Sequence record: DRR378314_895
DNA length: 59,081 nt
Reading direction: 5' to 3' (one strand)
Positions 58,012 through 59,081 of the stretch are shown here, one piece after another. The position numbers and the translations under genes were made by a program. The notes under the pieces are model-generated. The model was not told the origin of the DNA, made no database searches, and saw only the letters and a list, made by a program, of their open reading frames with translations. Each line of letters begins with the position of its first letter. Within the stretch, counting starts at the first letter, position 1.

Positions 58012-59081
58012 ATGGCACCCTTGGACAACACATCTGGCGTTTGGAAATCTGGACGCGGCAAGGGGCGCAAGACCCCCAAGGGCCGTCAGCTTGACGATCA
58101 GGCCCATTCCGAGATTCTCGATCTGCTGGGCGACCGCCCGCGCAACCGCGATCTGCTGATCGAGTTCCTGCATCTGGTGCAGGATCGATTTGGTCACATT
58201 TCCGCGGCACACATCCGTGCATTGTCCGAGGAAATGCGCGTGGGGCAGGCGGAAATCTACGAGGTTGCCAGCTTCTACGCCCATTTCGACGTGGTGAAGG
58301 AAGGCGAAACCCCACCGCCGGCGCTGACCATCCGGGTTTGCGACTCGCTGTCCTGCGAGCTGGCCGGGGCCGAGCAGTTGAAACAGGCGCTGGAGGACGG
58401 CATGGACCGGTCGCAGGTGCGCGTGCTGCGTGCGCCTTGCATGGGCCGCTGCGACACCGCGCCGGTGCTGGAACTCGGTCACAACCATATCGACCACGCC
58501 ACCGTGGCAAAGGTCGAGGCGGCCATCGCGGCAGAGGATACCCACGCGCATCTGCCGCAGTATGAGGACTACCGCGCCTACGCCATCGCGGGCGGCTATG
58601 AGGTTCTGAAGGACCTCCGCGCCAATGGCGATTGGGAGGCGGTGCAGGACAAGGTTCTGTCTGCTGGGTTGCGCGGCCTTGGTGGCGCGGGATTCCCGTC
58701 GGGCAAGAAATGGGGCTTTGTGCGCATGAACGAAGGTCCGCGCTATCTCGCCGTGAATGGCGATGAGGGCGAACCGGGCACTTTCAAGGACCGCTACTAT
58801 CTGGAACGCACGCCGCATGTCTTTCTCGAGGGCATGTTGATCGCCGCTTGGGCGGTCGAGGCGGAAAAAGCCTTTATCTACATGCGTGACGAATATCCGG
58901 CCGTTCTGGAAATCCTGCGCCGTGAGATTGTCGCGCTGGAAGCGGCGGGCATCGTCGAAGAAGGCTATATCGACCTGCGCCGTGGGGCAGGGGCCTATAT
59001 CTGCGGTGAAGAAAGCGCGATGATCGAGTCGATCGAAGGCAAGCGCGGCGAGCCGCGCCACCGTCCGCCCTTTGTGGCGCA
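58012..59081 (+). CDS. NAD-dependent formate dehydrogenase beta subunit (NuoE-NuoF-like fusion), partial at window end
   Basis: Translated by hand, not in the ORF track: EVASFYAHF, VCDSLSC...PCMGRC ([2Fe-2S]), GLRGLGGAGFP, NGDEGEPGTFKDR, GAGAYICGEESA. Confidence 0.9.
   Translation, partial: MAPLDNTSGVWKSGRGKGRKTPKGRQLDDQAHSEILDLLGDRPRNRDLLIEFLHLVQDRFGHISAAHIRALSEEMRVGQAEIYEVASFYAHFDVVKEGETPPPALTIRVCDSLSCELAGAEQLKQALEDGMDRSQVRVLRAPCMGRCDTAPVLELGHNHIDHATVAKVEAAIAAEDTHAHLPQYEDYRAYAIAGGYEVLKDLRANGDWEAVQDKVLSAGLRGLGGAGFPSGKKWGFVRMNEGPRYLAVNGDEGEPGTFKDRYYLERTPHVFLEGMLIAAWAVEAEKAFIYMRDEYPAVLEILRREIVALEAAGIVEEGYIDLRRGAGAYICGEESAMIESIEGKRGEPRHRPPFVA

Noticed and set aside
10464-59061. Long antisense ORFs such as 10464-12128, 15348-17246, 37339-38817, 44349-46091, 46996-48267 and 57928-59061
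   Set aside because: They are shadow frames of well-supported genes on the opposite strand in GC-rich DNA and show no recognisable motifs.

Overview
Alphaproteobacterial DNA, probably Roseobacter group (Rhodobacteraceae), made up mostly of accessory catabolic and transport modules with decayed mobile DNA near both ends. From left to right: an MFS transporter; two broken IS110 copies and small IS-like scars; a translationally coupled pair of an XpaC-like ORF and an SF2 helicase; a myo-inositol cluster (iolG, iolR, ABC transporter, iolCDEB) with two IolR operators; a SAM methyltransferase and FecBCD-type ABC transporter sharing two iron-box motifs; an IclR-linked peptide ABC with M81 and M20 hydrolases; an AraC regulator and the lower ectoine pathway (doeB-doeX-doeC-doeD, no doeA); an RTX/VHL-beta/Hint protein; a GntR-linked amidohydrolase, DUF1028 and peptide ABC module with four matching operators; and tRNA-Arg(TCT). 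Directly after the tRNA is a 3.6-kb internally deleted Tn7-like transposon (long TniQ/TnsD, TnsB fragment, TnsC, repeated inverted end motifs) and a tyrosine-integrase remnant. The window ends with an MCP plus a standalone periplasmic Cache/PDC-like protein, a LysR regulator and the start of an NAD-dependent formate dehydrogenase beta subunit. No CRISPR array or rRNA was seen. All family calls come from motif recognition by eye, not database searches.
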